This document shows positions 11,215 through 21,163 of a DNA stretch of 64,000 nucleotides, in pieces. Position 1 is the first letter of the stretch. Each line of letters starts with the position of its first letter. The position numbers and the translations under genes are program-made. The notes under the pieces were generated by a model that did not search any database, was not told the DNA's origin, and was given only the letters and a program-made list of their open reading frames with translations. Source of the stretch: Microcoleus sp. (lineage in GTDB: Bacteria > Cyanobacteriota > Cyanobacteriia > Cyanobacteriales > Microcoleaceae); assembly GCA_052279835.1 (NCBI GenBank), contig CP181291.1:576001-640000 (forward strand). Reading direction: 5' to 3'.

Positions 11215-11521
11215 AACAGCTAGCTTTTTATAGCATTTGAGTGACTTATATAAAATCCTCTCTTCATCGTCCTGTATTAAACTCTCTCTTCTCTTCCTCT
11301 TTCCCCCCTTGGGGGGGGCAGGGGGGGGGTCGTCCTTCGCGCCTTCGCGGTTAAATCATTCCGATACAACCGGAATTGATATTACTTAATTGTTTTTCGG
11401 GCTATTAAAACTCTCATAAAAGCAAGCTTTGAACAGGCAAGATGCCTGTTCCATAATTATTGGAGATGCCTATTTTGTGCAAAGATTGGAGAGCATCTAA
11501 CTATTTTCACGTCTAATTCTA

Positions 11522-12247
11522 CTAACTAGAACGGCCACGCTTCAGCCATGTTTTGGCTGTTCTTGCTGCTGCTACCAATTCCCTGATCCCCGGTACACGG
11601 TCAAACCACGGATTAGGATAGATGTCACTACGGGAACTCTTTTGCCACCCCAGGTTGGGAGAAGCAATCAAAGTCACAACATCGGGATTTTGAGCTCGGA
11701 AAGTAGAATAAGCTCCATCCAGGTGCATCGGACCACCGTCGGGATGTCCAGGAGGTCGCTGTTGCACTTGTTCGAGAAAACCCAAGAGGCGATCGAAAAT
11801 CCTGCCGTTTACACCGTAAAAATGAGTAGTCATCACCGCCTCAGAAAAGGGTACCAGGGGGACAGGAGACTTTTCTCCAACCTTTGCGACGTGTCCGAAG
11901 TATACGAAATCCCAATCTTGCTGACGCAGTTGTTCGACGATGGCAGCTTGCTCTGTGCTGAAATCTGGTGAAATTTCTAAGTCGTCTTCGACAATCAGGA
12001 TACTGCTCAAACCCTCCTGTTTTGCCCGCTTGAGGATAGCCACATGACTAGAAAAGCATCCCCTCGCCCCAATACTGGGGAAACCTCCTGCATCGTCGGG
12101 GCGGATTGCAGGAAATATTTCAACCTGATGGGGTTTCAGGGGCATTCCTGCAACCTCTAATTCGTTGACTATGAGTTTGCGTCTATCTGTCCTCTCAGGG
12201 AGATTTACCGCATAAACTCCCTGGAAATAATCTGTGATTTTCGTCAT
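11522..12247 (-). CDS. Glycosyltransferase family 25-like protein
   Basis: YAVNLPERTDRR, GARGCFSSH, ILIVEDD. Confidence 0.8.
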   Translation of the reverse strand: MTKITDYFQGVYAVNLPERTDRRKLIVNELEVAGMPLKPHQVEIFPAIRPDDAGGFPSIGARGCFSSHVAILKRAKQEGLSSILIVEDDLEISPDFSTEQAAIVEQLRQQDWDFVYFGHVAKVGEKSPVPLVPFSEAVMTTHFYGVNGRIFDRLLGFLEQVQQRPPGHPDGGPMHLDGAYSTFRAQNPDVVTLIASPNLGWQKSSRSDIYPNPWFDRVPGIRELVAAARTAKTWLKRGRSS

Positions 12248-12409
12248 AGTTTGAGATCAAATCAAGAGACTGTTGAATCTTCGGGTTGAGCGTCCCCAAA
12301 TTTTATTTGAGGTCTGTGTCTGACTTAAATTACTCTATCTTTAGCAAACTGGATCTTCCTATTTACAAAACTTACTCTAGTTCCTGAGACAGCATCTAGT
12401 ATTGATACT

Positions 12410-14710
12410 TTAATTACCATTGGGATTGGTGGCATCAGCATCCAGACATTTTCCCTGTTGATTGGAGTTTAAGGCTGGGTTAGAGACTACCTGAGACACG
12501 GCATCTTTTTCTTGAATCCATCCCACTTCCCCCGGTTGCAGCTTAGGGATTTGGACTGCCACAGTTGGTTTAACAGTGGGGGAAGGCGATGGAGTAGAAA
12601 CAGCAGGTGAAGGATTAGTTTCTGGTTTAAAAACTCGCGAAAAATCTTTAATTGATTTGGGTTTGGGAGAATTAGATGCCACTACTTGAGGTATCGAGCA
12701 AACTTTCAATTCCAGCCAATTACCGGCCGGTGCAACCTGTTTGTTTGTTACCTGCAAAACGCTACCGGCAGGGACTGTTCCTTTTAGCTCATCACCGATT
12801 TTTTTTAGCAAATACAAGCGATCGCCCTCGGTTCCCGAAACGGCAGAATTTTTAATTTCTATAAACGAGCCTTGTTCTAAAGCTTGAATCGGATCGGGTA
12901 GGGGTGTTGCCGTTGGTGATGGACTGCTTTTAGTATTAATTACACCACGTTTCCCAAACATTGATTCCCCGGCAGCATCGATCGCCCGACCTACCGGAGG
13001 GATGAAAAAATAAGCAAATACTCCCCCCAAACCTAATAACAATACTATTTTCAGCAACAGCGAGAATAGACTTTTGCTTTTTTGTGGTAGCTGTACAAAC
13101 TCAGTTTTTAATTGAGAATTACCCTCACCCGTATTGGTGCGATCGTTCAAATCCGTGGGTACATCTTCGCTGTCAGGAATGGGTTCCCGCGACGGTTCTA
13201 AAACTGCAATGGACAGTTCTGTAAAAGTATTGTTTTTCAAATGTGCCTGACAGTGAATTAAGCCGATGGTGACGTTATCATGACCATTTCGAGTATTAGC
13301 AATATCGATCAATCGATCGCGCGCCGAGGCGACACTAATGCTACCGTCAAGAATCGGCAAAATCTCCGTTTCCCAGCATTCCTCGACCCGGTCTTTATCG
13401 CTCAAACCATCGGAACACAATAGCAAAACACAGTCCTCATCCACCACCAAACGCTGCACGCTAGGGTGGAGAGTGTTGGAAGAAGTAATCCCCAAAGCTT
13501 GAATCAGAGCACCAGCAGCCACCTGTTCCAAAGCGTCCCGGTACAGCGCGTAGCCCAAACGCACCTCGCGACAAGCCACATCGTCATCGAGAGTAACTTG
13601 ATAGCAGCCAGCGCGAGTAATCAAATAAGCCCGACTGTCTCCGACGTGGGCGACATAAAGTTCGTGGACGTGGGCTAAACCCATCACGAGGGTAGTTCCC
13701 ATGCGCTGGCGGCCCTGGCGGTGTTCGCTGTCGTTACGATCGGCTATTTCGTCATTAGCAGCACAAGCAGCTCGTTCCAGCTTGGAAATCAGAGTCAGTG
13801 GCTCGTAAATATCCTTGTGGAGGACAACTTGCTGCAACTTTTTTCGGAGTACAGAAATTGCCAATTCCGAAGCAACTTCACCGCCATCTTGTCCGCCAAT
13901 ACCATCGCAGACGATCGCGCAAGCTTCCGATCCCGGCATCACCGACAGTACGGTACCACTGGGAGGATGACAAGCATCTTCGTTGTGGGCCCGCGATCGC
14001 CCCACATCAGTGCCGGTGGCAATCTCCACCGTGCGATCGTACCATTTGCCACAAATTAGCAGAGCCTTATCCAACTGAGCCACGAGTTGTTCGCCGTTGC
14101 GAATCTGACGGGCGATCATTTGTCGGCAAAGTTCCCCCAAAAAATTGAGGATTGCCGGGTGAGCCTCATCCAGCCACTGCTGCCACAACTTTCCCAACTC
14201 CGACAAATTAGGTGGTTTACCATCGGGCTGTAACTCCAGAAACCGCACCACAGGCCCTTCCACCCGTAGCAATTCGGGAGTCAACAGCGTCGCAGCCACG
14301 CCCTGAGTAATACAGGGCTGCCAAAGTTTGGCAATTTGCCACAGCCAATTAAGCTGACGCATGGCCGAGGCCCCTCTCCAGGAGTCCGTCAATTCCCGCA
14401 TCAAGCATTCGCTGACATTGTTAATTGGCGCGTTTTCCAGCAGCCAGATATCGCCCGACAGCTTACTGACCTTGGAGGATACCATCCCATATACTTGGGG
14501 TACGTGCAGTTGATAGGCAAACAGTCTCAGATAAGGAGTTATAAAGTTTGGAATGTCTTCGGGAAGTTCCGGCAACTGTTCGGGTTGAGTATCTACCAGA
14601 AGTCGCTCGCGCTTAAGCCTGTAGCGACCGGCAATTAGATCGCCCGGTTTACAAGCTTTTATCCCTTCACCTAAAGCCCATAAGTATTTGTTTGGCACAG
14701 AGTTTTGCAT
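12410..14710 (-). CDS. PP2C-family Ser/Thr phosphatase with degenerate kinase-like N-terminus, one TM helix and a C-terminal extracytoplasmic region
   Basis: TDVGRSRAHNED, VCDGIGG, MGTT, HVGDSRAY, LCSDGLSD, GHDNVT; hydrophobic segment LLKIVLLLGLGGVFAYFFI. Confidence 0.88.
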   Translation of the reverse strand: MQNSVPNKYLWALGEGIKACKPGDLIAGRYRLKRERLLVDTQPEQLPELPEDIPNFITPYLRLFAYQLHVPQVYGMVSSKVSKLSGDIWLLENAPINNVSECLMRELTDSWRGASAMRQLNWLWQIAKLWQPCITQGVAATLLTPELLRVEGPVVRFLELQPDGKPPNLSELGKLWQQWLDEAHPAILNFLGELCRQMIARQIRNGEQLVAQLDKALLICGKWYDRTVEIATGTDVGRSRAHNEDACHPPSGTVLSVMPGSEACAIVCDGIGGQDGGEVASELAISVLRKKLQQVVLHKDIYEPLTLISKLERAACAANDEIADRNDSEHRQGRQRMGTTLVMGLAHVHELYVAHVGDSRAYLITRAGCYQVTLDDDVACREVRLGYALYRDALEQVAAGALIQALGITSSNTLHPSVQRLVVDEDCVLLLCSDGLSDKDRVEECWETEILPILDGSISVASARDRLIDIANTRNGHDNVTIGLIHCQAHLKNNTFTELSIAVLEPSREPIPDSEDVPTDLNDRTNTGEGNSQLKTEFVQLPQKSKSLFSLLLKIVLLLGLGGVFAYFFIPPVGRAIDAAGESMFGKRGVINTKSSPSPTATPLPDPIQALEQGSFIEIKNSAVSGTEGDRLYLLKKIGDELKGTVPAGSVLQVTNKQVAPAGNWLELKVCSIPQVVASNSPKPKSIKDFSRVFKPETNPSPAVSTPSPSPTVKPTVAVQIPKLQPGEVGWIQEKDAVSQVVSNPALNSNQQGKCLDADATNPNGN

Positions 14711-15182
14711 AAGGGTTCCTAGACGCCTTTGGGCCCAGTGCTGATCTGAACTATTTTAGCGCTTGAACCTCGACGGGTTAATACGTGGCGATTATTTTAC
14801 ACTCCCCGGTCTCGCATACGCGGGGTTTGTAAGATTTTGTTGCCTTAATATCCCTATTGCTAGGGTTTCCGGGCGCAATCCTGTTACCAAAAATCGCGGT
14901 TTGCTCTCCTAGTCTTGCAACTGGGCTCCTCGGTCTTCACTTTCCCCTAGTTGGAGGGTAAGTTTTAATGTCTTGTACTGACAAGTGGTATTTTACCACG
15001 CCAAAACACTGTGTTAACATCATTTGGCACCATCGGTAAATCCAGGCAGGATAAATCCTGCAACTACCTTTGAAACTTGGACTTTAGTCGATCGGGTTTT
15101 CAGGCGATTGTTGATAACATGGAGTCATTAATCAACTAAAGTTTAATTTGACAAGCCTCTCCAAGCAGTTGAGTATCTATCC

Positions 15183-15497
15183 ATGCCCCTAGAGGAATCC
15201 AGCCCTGTTCCTGAAAATTTTCCAGACCCAAAACTTCCTGCTGCGGTCGAAGTTGACGAAATGCTAACTCGGATTAAGCATTCCCACGGTCATTACTACA
15301 AAGTGATGAATCTTGAGGTTTGGGCGCTGGTGGAAACCCTCGATCGCGTATTTCCCGGTGCTTGGGGTAACTTCATGGCCAACCGCCAGGTGGCGGTGAA
15401 ACAGTTTTTGCAGCGCAAGGGCCAGCTAAATGGTTCAGTTGAAGCTGAGGAGATCGAGGAGAAGCCAGAAGCCAGAAGCCAGGAGCCAGAAGAATAA
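15183..15497 (+). CDS. Hypothetical protein
   Basis: 104-aa ORF with plausible composition, convergent with ndhM; the C-terminus includes GAAGCCA heptamers. Confidence 0.6.
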   Translation: MPLEESSPVPENFPDPKLPAAVEVDEMLTRIKHSHGHYYKVMNLEVWALVETLDRVFPGAWGNFMANRQVAVKQFLQRKGQLNGSVEAEEIEEKPEARSQEPEE

Positions 15498-15566
15498 AAG
15501 CAGATTTTCCCCATTTTCCCCTTCTCCCCATCTCCCCATCTAGTTGCGATCTCCGTCTAGATAGCC

Positions 15567-15911
15567 TTACAGGTGAATTTTCGCATCCACTTGGGGAAGA
15601 CCCATGCTGTAGTTGACAGCACGGCTGTTGAGGTTATAGCTGATTTGGCCTTTCTGTAAGAACGATCGCACCAAATGCTCCAATTCCGAGCCGATGCGAC
15701 GGAGGTTGTATTCCGTCAAATCCTCGCCTTCATAGGAATCTACAAGCTCATCGAATTTGGCATACACCTGTTTAACCGACTCATCATTCCAGTTCAGTTC
15801 GTTGTCTGGGTCAATGTCCAGTGTCAACAGATCGTTGCTGGGTACAAGTTCGTTATCTTCCAGGATGGCGGTATATATGCGAATATGGCGGGTTGTGGAC
15901 TTGAGCTGCAT
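15567..15911 (-). CDS. ndhM: NAD(P)H-quinone oxidoreductase (NDH-1) subunit M
   Basis: LKSTTRHIRIY, LTLDIDPDNE, LTEYNLRRIGS, NYSMGLP. Confidence 0.93.
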   Translation of the reverse strand: MQLKSTTRHIRIYTAILEDNELVPSNDLLTLDIDPDNELNWNDESVKQVYAKFDELVDSYEGEDLTEYNLRRIGSELEHLVRSFLQKGQISYNLNSRAVNYSMGLPQVDAKIHL

Positions 15912-16043
15912 AAGTTCTTAATCTGTAAAGATTTTTTGCTGAACTTATTGTAATGGCTGCCAGAGGCGCGATCGATTTTAGATTTGAGATTTCTGAGATG
16001 AGACTGGAGATGGGAGAATTGCCACCGTCGAGATTTTCCATCC

Positions 16044-16565
16044 TCAAGTTCTCGGAAGCCCGAAATCTTTTAATTGTTCGGCCGTCCAATTTTTGTAATA
16101 TTCAGTTTTCTCTAAAGCATCGGAAGCAGGCTTCAGCTTAGAATTTACTTGAACGGTGAAACCCGGATACGGTGCCCTCCTAGTATGAAGCCCGTCAATA
16201 TTAAAATCTTCATCGGGATGAACGTGAAAAGCCACCAAACCCAGCTCTGAAATATTATTATTGAGTTTTTCTATTAATTCTTGAGTTTGCGGTGCACTAA
16301 TTGCTGTTTTTTCAGGATTAATGACTAACATTATTTCAAAATCGGAATTGTAAAATTCATGAATCGATTGCATTATGGCAGAATCGCGATCGAACTCAGT
16401 CAGAGCTGAAAACGGTTTTATTTTGAATAAAATTTGATTAGCCAAGCGTGCTGTTTTAGTAAAGGGACAAACGGGTAAATCGCCGAAAACTGGATGCGGT
16501 AACTCGACAAACTCCGTCATCCATCTCAGGGTAGATTCTATAATTTCCGTGTCAGATTCATTCAT
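16044..16565 (-). CDS. Hypothetical protein, DUF1415-like
   Basis: W..EFVE.PH..FG.LPVCPF and FHVHP...RRAPYP motifs; ATG 16565 preferred. Confidence 0.6.
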   Translation of the reverse strand: MNESDTEIIESTLRWMTEFVELPHPVFGDLPVCPFTKTARLANQILFKIKPFSALTEFDRDSAIMQSIHEFYNSDFEIMLVINPEKTAISAPQTQELIEKLNNNISELGLVAFHVHPDEDFNIDGLHTRRAPYPGFTVQVNSKLKPASDALEKTEYYKNWTAEQLKDFGLPRT

Positions 16566-16632
16566 CGAAAATCTATGTATTATATAGTTAAGACTAATCA
16601 TAATCTATTTCTAGGGCGATGCACACCTCACC

Positions 16633-16966
16633 ATTGGTGTCAACTTAAGACTGAAACCCTCTGTCTCTCTCATTTGTATCGAAGTCTCGATCCCCCTAAA
16701 TCCCCACCCCCCCCTAGCCCCCCCACCCCCCCCTGCCCCCCCACCCCCCCCTGCCCCCCCACCCCCCCCTGCCCCCCCCAAGGGGGGATGGGGGAAGGGG
16801 GACTTTGAGAATTTTCTTGTCCCCCCCTTATTAAGGGGGGTTAGGGGGGATCTCCGGGTTAAAAAACACGCCCTAGGCCTTCCATTGCTGAGGGAATTTG
16901 AATTTTCTTGTCCCCCCCTTATTAAGGGGGGTTAGGGGGGATCTCCGGGTTAAAAAACACGCCCTA
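16633..16966. repeat. Rearranged copy of the TGTCAACTTAAG MITE family with a C-rich array and a 67-bp duplication
   Basis: Left end ATTGGTGTCAACTTAAG at 16633; C-rich ~18-bp units about 16700-16780; 16809-16875 repeated at 16900-16966; no right TIR seen. Confidence 0.75.
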
Positions 16967-17011
16967 CTCCTGCCATTTCTAAGGACTGAAGTCGTTACTA
17001 CAAACATTAAT

Positions 17012-18610
17012 TCATTCGTGAATTGTGCCATCGGGCATAATTGCGCCTGCGAGTGTTGCTCCAGCCAGATTTGATCCAACCAGTTTAGCTTCCTTCAGGT
17101 TAGTTTTCTCTAAATTTGCATTGCTCAAATTTGCTCCGCACAAGTTTGCAGAACTTAAGTCTGCTGCACTTAAGTTTGCTCCATTTAGGTTAACTCCAGA
17201 GAGATTAAAGCCACTCAAGTTTTGCCCACTCAAATTAACACTTTGTAAGTTTACCCCAGTCAAATTTACCCCTGTGAGATTAGCACCATCCAAGTTAGCG
17301 CCTATACAGCAGGCCCCACTTAAGTTAACGCCACTGAAGTTAACGCCACTAAGGTTTGTATAAGTTAGGTTGACTTTACTTACCTTCGCTTGACTCAAGT
17401 CTGCTCCTGTCAAGTTAGCACTATGTAGAGTTGCCTGAGTTAAGTTAGCTCTACTCAAGTTTGCTACTATAAAGTTTGCGCTATTTAGATTTGCGGCGCT
17501 TAAGTTGGCTTGACTCAAATTTGCTTGAATTAGTCTTGCATAATACAAGGTTGCCTTGGTTAAGTTAGCCCCACTCAAGTTAGCTTCAATCAAATCAGCG
17601 CTTTGCAAGTCTGTTGAGTTCAAATTTGCACCTTGCAAGTTAGCTCCAATCAAATTTACTCCTGTTAAATTGGCATTTGCTAGATTGGCCTTGCTCAGAT
17701 TTGCTTGACTTAGACTCACATTAGAGTCGAAAGTTTGGCGACTTAGATCCACTCCCGCTAGGTTAATCCCTGTAAAATCTCGTTCTCCTTCTTTATACCT
17801 TTGCAAAAATTCCTCAGCAGTGATAGCTGCTTCCAGACTTTCTAGTCCAGAATCATCAATTTTTGCCTCTTCCTCAGATTGCATAATAATATCAGCATTC
17901 ACAGGAATAGCCACCTGTTGTTCTACCACTTCCGTAGATACAGATTCTTCCCGCAATAGCTTATCCACCCGATCGCTAAAAAGCCTCAAAACCTCAGCAT
18001 CATCAACCTTCCCACCAGCATTCGCGCCCTGAGTAACCGCATTCTCAACATAATACTTGTCTACAAAACTCTGCAACCCAGCATTATATCCCTGTCCTAC
18101 CGCCTGAAACCTCCATTCGCCATTCTTCCTATACAAACGTCCAAATTCTAAAGCCGTTTCTTCCGAAAATATCTGATTCAAATTATACCGAACCAATTCA
18201 TTTCCAGTCTCGGAATTGTAAAGTCGGATAAAAGCATTTGTAACTTGACTAAAACTTTGATGCTTTTCCTGTCCCTCGTGAATCGTCACCACAAACACAA
18301 TTTCTTGAATCCCAGAATTGATTTTACTCAAATCCACATAAACCGTCTCATCATCTCCCTCAATTTGTCCAGTTGCGCTGTCTCCTGAATGTCGCACCGC
18401 ACCGTCTGGCGATGTCAAATTATTGTAAAATACAAAATACTTTTCATCGGGAATTCGACCATCTGCTGCTAACATAAAAACTGATGCGTCAATGTCGCAG
18501 TTTTGTGCTGTCTGGCTGACTTGCCAACCTAGGGCGATCGCCAATTTATTGAAATTAGGAACTTCCTGAGAAAGATTGAACCTTTCACCCTTAGTTAATT
18601 CGATGCTCAT
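17012..18610 (-). CDS. TerD-domain protein fused to pentapeptide repeats
   Basis: N-terminal DIDAS, FVFYNN, GDDE, GEWRFQAVGQG; C-terminal A(N/D)LxX pentapeptides ending GAIMPDG. Confidence 0.9.
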   Translation of the reverse strand: MSIELTKGERFNLSQEVPNFNKLAIALGWQVSQTAQNCDIDASVFMLAADGRIPDEKYFVFYNNLTSPDGAVRHSGDSATGQIEGDDETVYVDLSKINSGIQEIVFVVTIHEGQEKHQSFSQVTNAFIRLYNSETGNELVRYNLNQIFSEETALEFGRLYRKNGEWRFQAVGQGYNAGLQSFVDKYYVENAVTQGANAGGKVDDAEVLRLFSDRVDKLLREESVSTEVVEQQVAIPVNADIIMQSEEEAKIDDSGLESLEAAITAEEFLQRYKEGERDFTGINLAGVDLSRQTFDSNVSLSQANLSKANLANANLTGVNLIGANLQGANLNSTDLQSADLIEANLSGANLTKATLYYARLIQANLSQANLSAANLNSANFIVANLSRANLTQATLHSANLTGADLSQAKVSKVNLTYTNLSGVNFSGVNLSGACCIGANLDGANLTGVNLTGVNLQSVNLSGQNLSGFNLSGVNLNGANLSAADLSSANLCGANLSNANLEKTNLKEAKLVGSNLAGATLAGAIMPDGTIHE

Positions 18611-18656
18611 ATGCGATAATTTCCTTACCTCACAAATGGTATTAATTATCCCATCT

Positions 18657-19454
18657 ATGTTAACTAGAAAGCAAATAGGCTTTTATCTCGAAGATATCGA
18701 AACCCCAATTGGCAAAACCGTCAATTTAACTCTTACCGGACTTATTCTCCTATCTTCCGCCAGCTTCATCGCCGAAACTTACCCCCTGGCGGAGCCTGTG
18801 AGATTTAAATTGCAAACTCTCGATCTAGTATTGTTAGTTATTTTTGTAGTTGAGTATTTAGTGCGGCTGTGGTGCGCTGACCATAAATTAAAATTTATTT
18901 TGAGTTTTTTTGCTATCGTCGATTTGCTCGCAATCTTACCATTTTTATTGGGATTTGTCAATGTAAGTTTTATCCGTATTTTCCGTTGGTTTAGAATTCT
19001 TAGACTCATCCGCTTTCTGGAATTGAGAAATTCCGTGGTTCGGATTACTAGCGAAGATAGTGCGATTTTTTCCCGGATAATTTTTACTTTGGTCGCCATA
19101 ATTTTAGTTTATTCGGGTTTAATTTATCAAGTCGAACATCCGGTAAATCCTGAAGGTTTTGGCACTTTTTTGGATGCGGTTTATTTTTCCGTGGTGACGA
19201 TGACAACGGTGGGATTTGGTGATGTGATTCCGATTTCGGAAGCGGGGCGCTTTTTGACTATTTTGATGATAGTTACGGGCATTGCCCTGATTCCTTGGCA
19301 GTTGGGGGATTTGATTAAACAATTAGTTAAAACTGCTAATCAAGTAGATAGTGTTTGTCAAGGTTGCGGTTGGTCGGTACATGATGCTAATGCTAAATTC
19401 TGCAAAATGTGTGGCACTCATTTAGACATGGGGGATCGGGCTACCCCCCCCTGA
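18657..19454 (+). CDS. Voltage-gated K+ channel-like ion transporter with C-terminal zinc ribbon
   Basis: S4 RIFRWFRILRLIR, filter TTVGFGD, CxxC...CxxC tail; start uncertain (18636 or 18657). Confidence 0.88.
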   Translation: MLTRKQIGFYLEDIETPIGKTVNLTLTGLILLSSASFIAETYPLAEPVRFKLQTLDLVLLVIFVVEYLVRLWCADHKLKFILSFFAIVDLLAILPFLLGFVNVSFIRIFRWFRILRLIRFLELRNSVVRITSEDSAIFSRIIFTLVAIILVYSGLIYQVEHPVNPEGFGTFLDAVYFSVVTMTTVGFGDVIPISEAGRFLTILMIVTGIALIPWQLGDLIKQLVKTANQVDSVCQGCGWSVHDANAKFCKMCGTHLDMGDRATPP

Positions 19455-19539
19455 TATCAATTCCTCTCTTCATCGGAATTATTCATTGGGCATCAGGCAT
19501 TTTTGACAATGGACAACGGACAACGGACAACGGACTTGT

Positions 19540-20916
19540 TTATATCAATGGCAACCAAATTTCAAATTCTGTGCCCATTCCTAACTCCGATTGCATTCTG
19601 AAGATGCCGCCATGTTTGCCTGTGATGATTTGATAGCTAACTGCCAAACTTGTTTCTTTGAGGACTCGTTTTTCGGCTGAAAATGAATGTAAGATTTTTT
19701 GGTATTTCATCACAGACATTCCGGGTCCGTTATCTTTGATGCGGATTGAAACCCAGCGCAGGTGGGGTCGATCCGGGTCGATGGGCGGTTCGGGGCTGCA
19801 AACTTGAGTGGCGATTTCAATTTGAGGTTTGCGAGTGAAATTTTTCAATCCCTTTCCTCTGAATTCTTTTGCTAATTCTTGACCGACAGCTTCGTTAATT
19901 AAACTATTGATGGCGTTAGTCAAGATATTGATAAATACTTGGTTTAGTTCTCCTGCATAGCAGGGTACGGGGGGTAGGTATCCGTAGTTTTTTATTACTT
20001 GAATTTCGCTGCTCAAGCGGCTTTTTAGCAGCAACAGAATGCTGTCAATATTTGAGTGCAAGTCTGCGGGTTTGGGATATACGTCGTCTATGTGGCAGAA
20101 GTTTTGCAAGCTGGTGGCTAATTTGCTCAAACGTTCGGCTCCGGCTTTGATGCTGCCAACGGTGCTGAGGAAATCGTTTTGCAAAAAGTCATAGTCTATC
20201 TCTTCTTTTAGTGTGGCTATTTCTGGCGGAGGCTCGGTACAGTGGGCATCGTAAATTGATAGCAACTCGAGCAAGTTTTTGCTGTAATCACTTATGTAGG
20301 TTAAATTGCCCCAAATAAACCCTACGGGATCTAAAATTTCGTGGGCTACTCCGTTGACTAAACGCCCCAAACTAGCCATTTTTTCGCTTTGAATCATTTG
20401 GGCTTGGGCTCTTTCGTAGCGCACTTGAGTTTCTATGCCACGAATTTGCCAGTAGGCGATGTTGAGTGTGTGGGAGTCTAGCAGCCTATAGGATTGGGAG
20501 TCGATTTGCACGACGATGGGATCTGATTGCAATTCGGGCGATCGACGCAGAGCTTGCGGGGCTGCGGTTAAGATGGTTGTACTCTCCCTGAGCACAGACA
20601 TCTCGACGCGAGCATAACTGTAGAGAGTTTTTAGTGGTAGGCGCAAAAATAGCTCCGTACCTTGGGGTTTGAGCAGGTATTCTAGCAGCAGCCTGCGCGA
20701 TATCATGCCCACAAATTCTCCTGCTTCTACCAAAACGACTCCCGGTAATAGGGGGTGTTTTTCAAACATTTCGACGACAGGAGCGCCCAAGCAGCTAGAT
20801 TTTACCTGAAATTGATACAGGGGCAAGTCCCGGAGAGTAGACTCTAGCGAAAGGTCTTGATGGCTGCCTTCGGAGAGCAAAGGACCAAGTATTTTAGATC
20901 TGAATGTATTTGCCAC
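19540..20916 (-). CDS. Histidine-kinase-like protein with CBS-like sensor and degenerate ATP-binding domain
   Basis: H-box AHEILDP and DNGPG are present; F and G2 boxes are replaced (ILHSFSAEKRVLKETSL). Confidence 0.82.
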   Translation of the reverse strand: MANTFRSKILGPLLSEGSHQDLSLESTLRDLPLYQFQVKSSCLGAPVVEMFEKHPLLPGVVLVEAGEFVGMISRRLLLEYLLKPQGTELFLRLPLKTLYSYARVEMSVLRESTTILTAAPQALRRSPELQSDPIVVQIDSQSYRLLDSHTLNIAYWQIRGIETQVRYERAQAQMIQSEKMASLGRLVNGVAHEILDPVGFIWGNLTYISDYSKNLLELLSIYDAHCTEPPPEIATLKEEIDYDFLQNDFLSTVGSIKAGAERLSKLATSLQNFCHIDDVYPKPADLHSNIDSILLLLKSRLSSEIQVIKNYGYLPPVPCYAGELNQVFINILTNAINSLINEAVGQELAKEFRGKGLKNFTRKPQIEIATQVCSPEPPIDPDRPHLRWVSIRIKDNGPGMSVMKYQKILHSFSAEKRVLKETSLAVSYQIITGKHGGIFRMQSELGMGTEFEIWLPLI

Positions 20917-21163
20917 GATCGCTTTGAGTTACCGGAACACCCTGACTGTGAAAACGATCCGGTGCTACTAACATACTCTATCATTTCACCTAAGCAGCAA
21001 AATTGGGGAATTTTTTTGGAGTAGGTCTGGTTTTCTTATGGTTTGGATGTTACCGTCTGTCAGCATCTGGCTAGGTTCTGGTGCTAAGTGCTTGTCTTGG
21101 TTTGACAAGACTTTTGATGCTAGCTAGACTGTCTGCGATGTCAAGTATGTCCACAAAAGTCTT

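Noticed and set aside
16575..16808. Proline-rich 77-aa ORF
   Set aside because: It is a translation of the C-rich repeat and MITE sequence.
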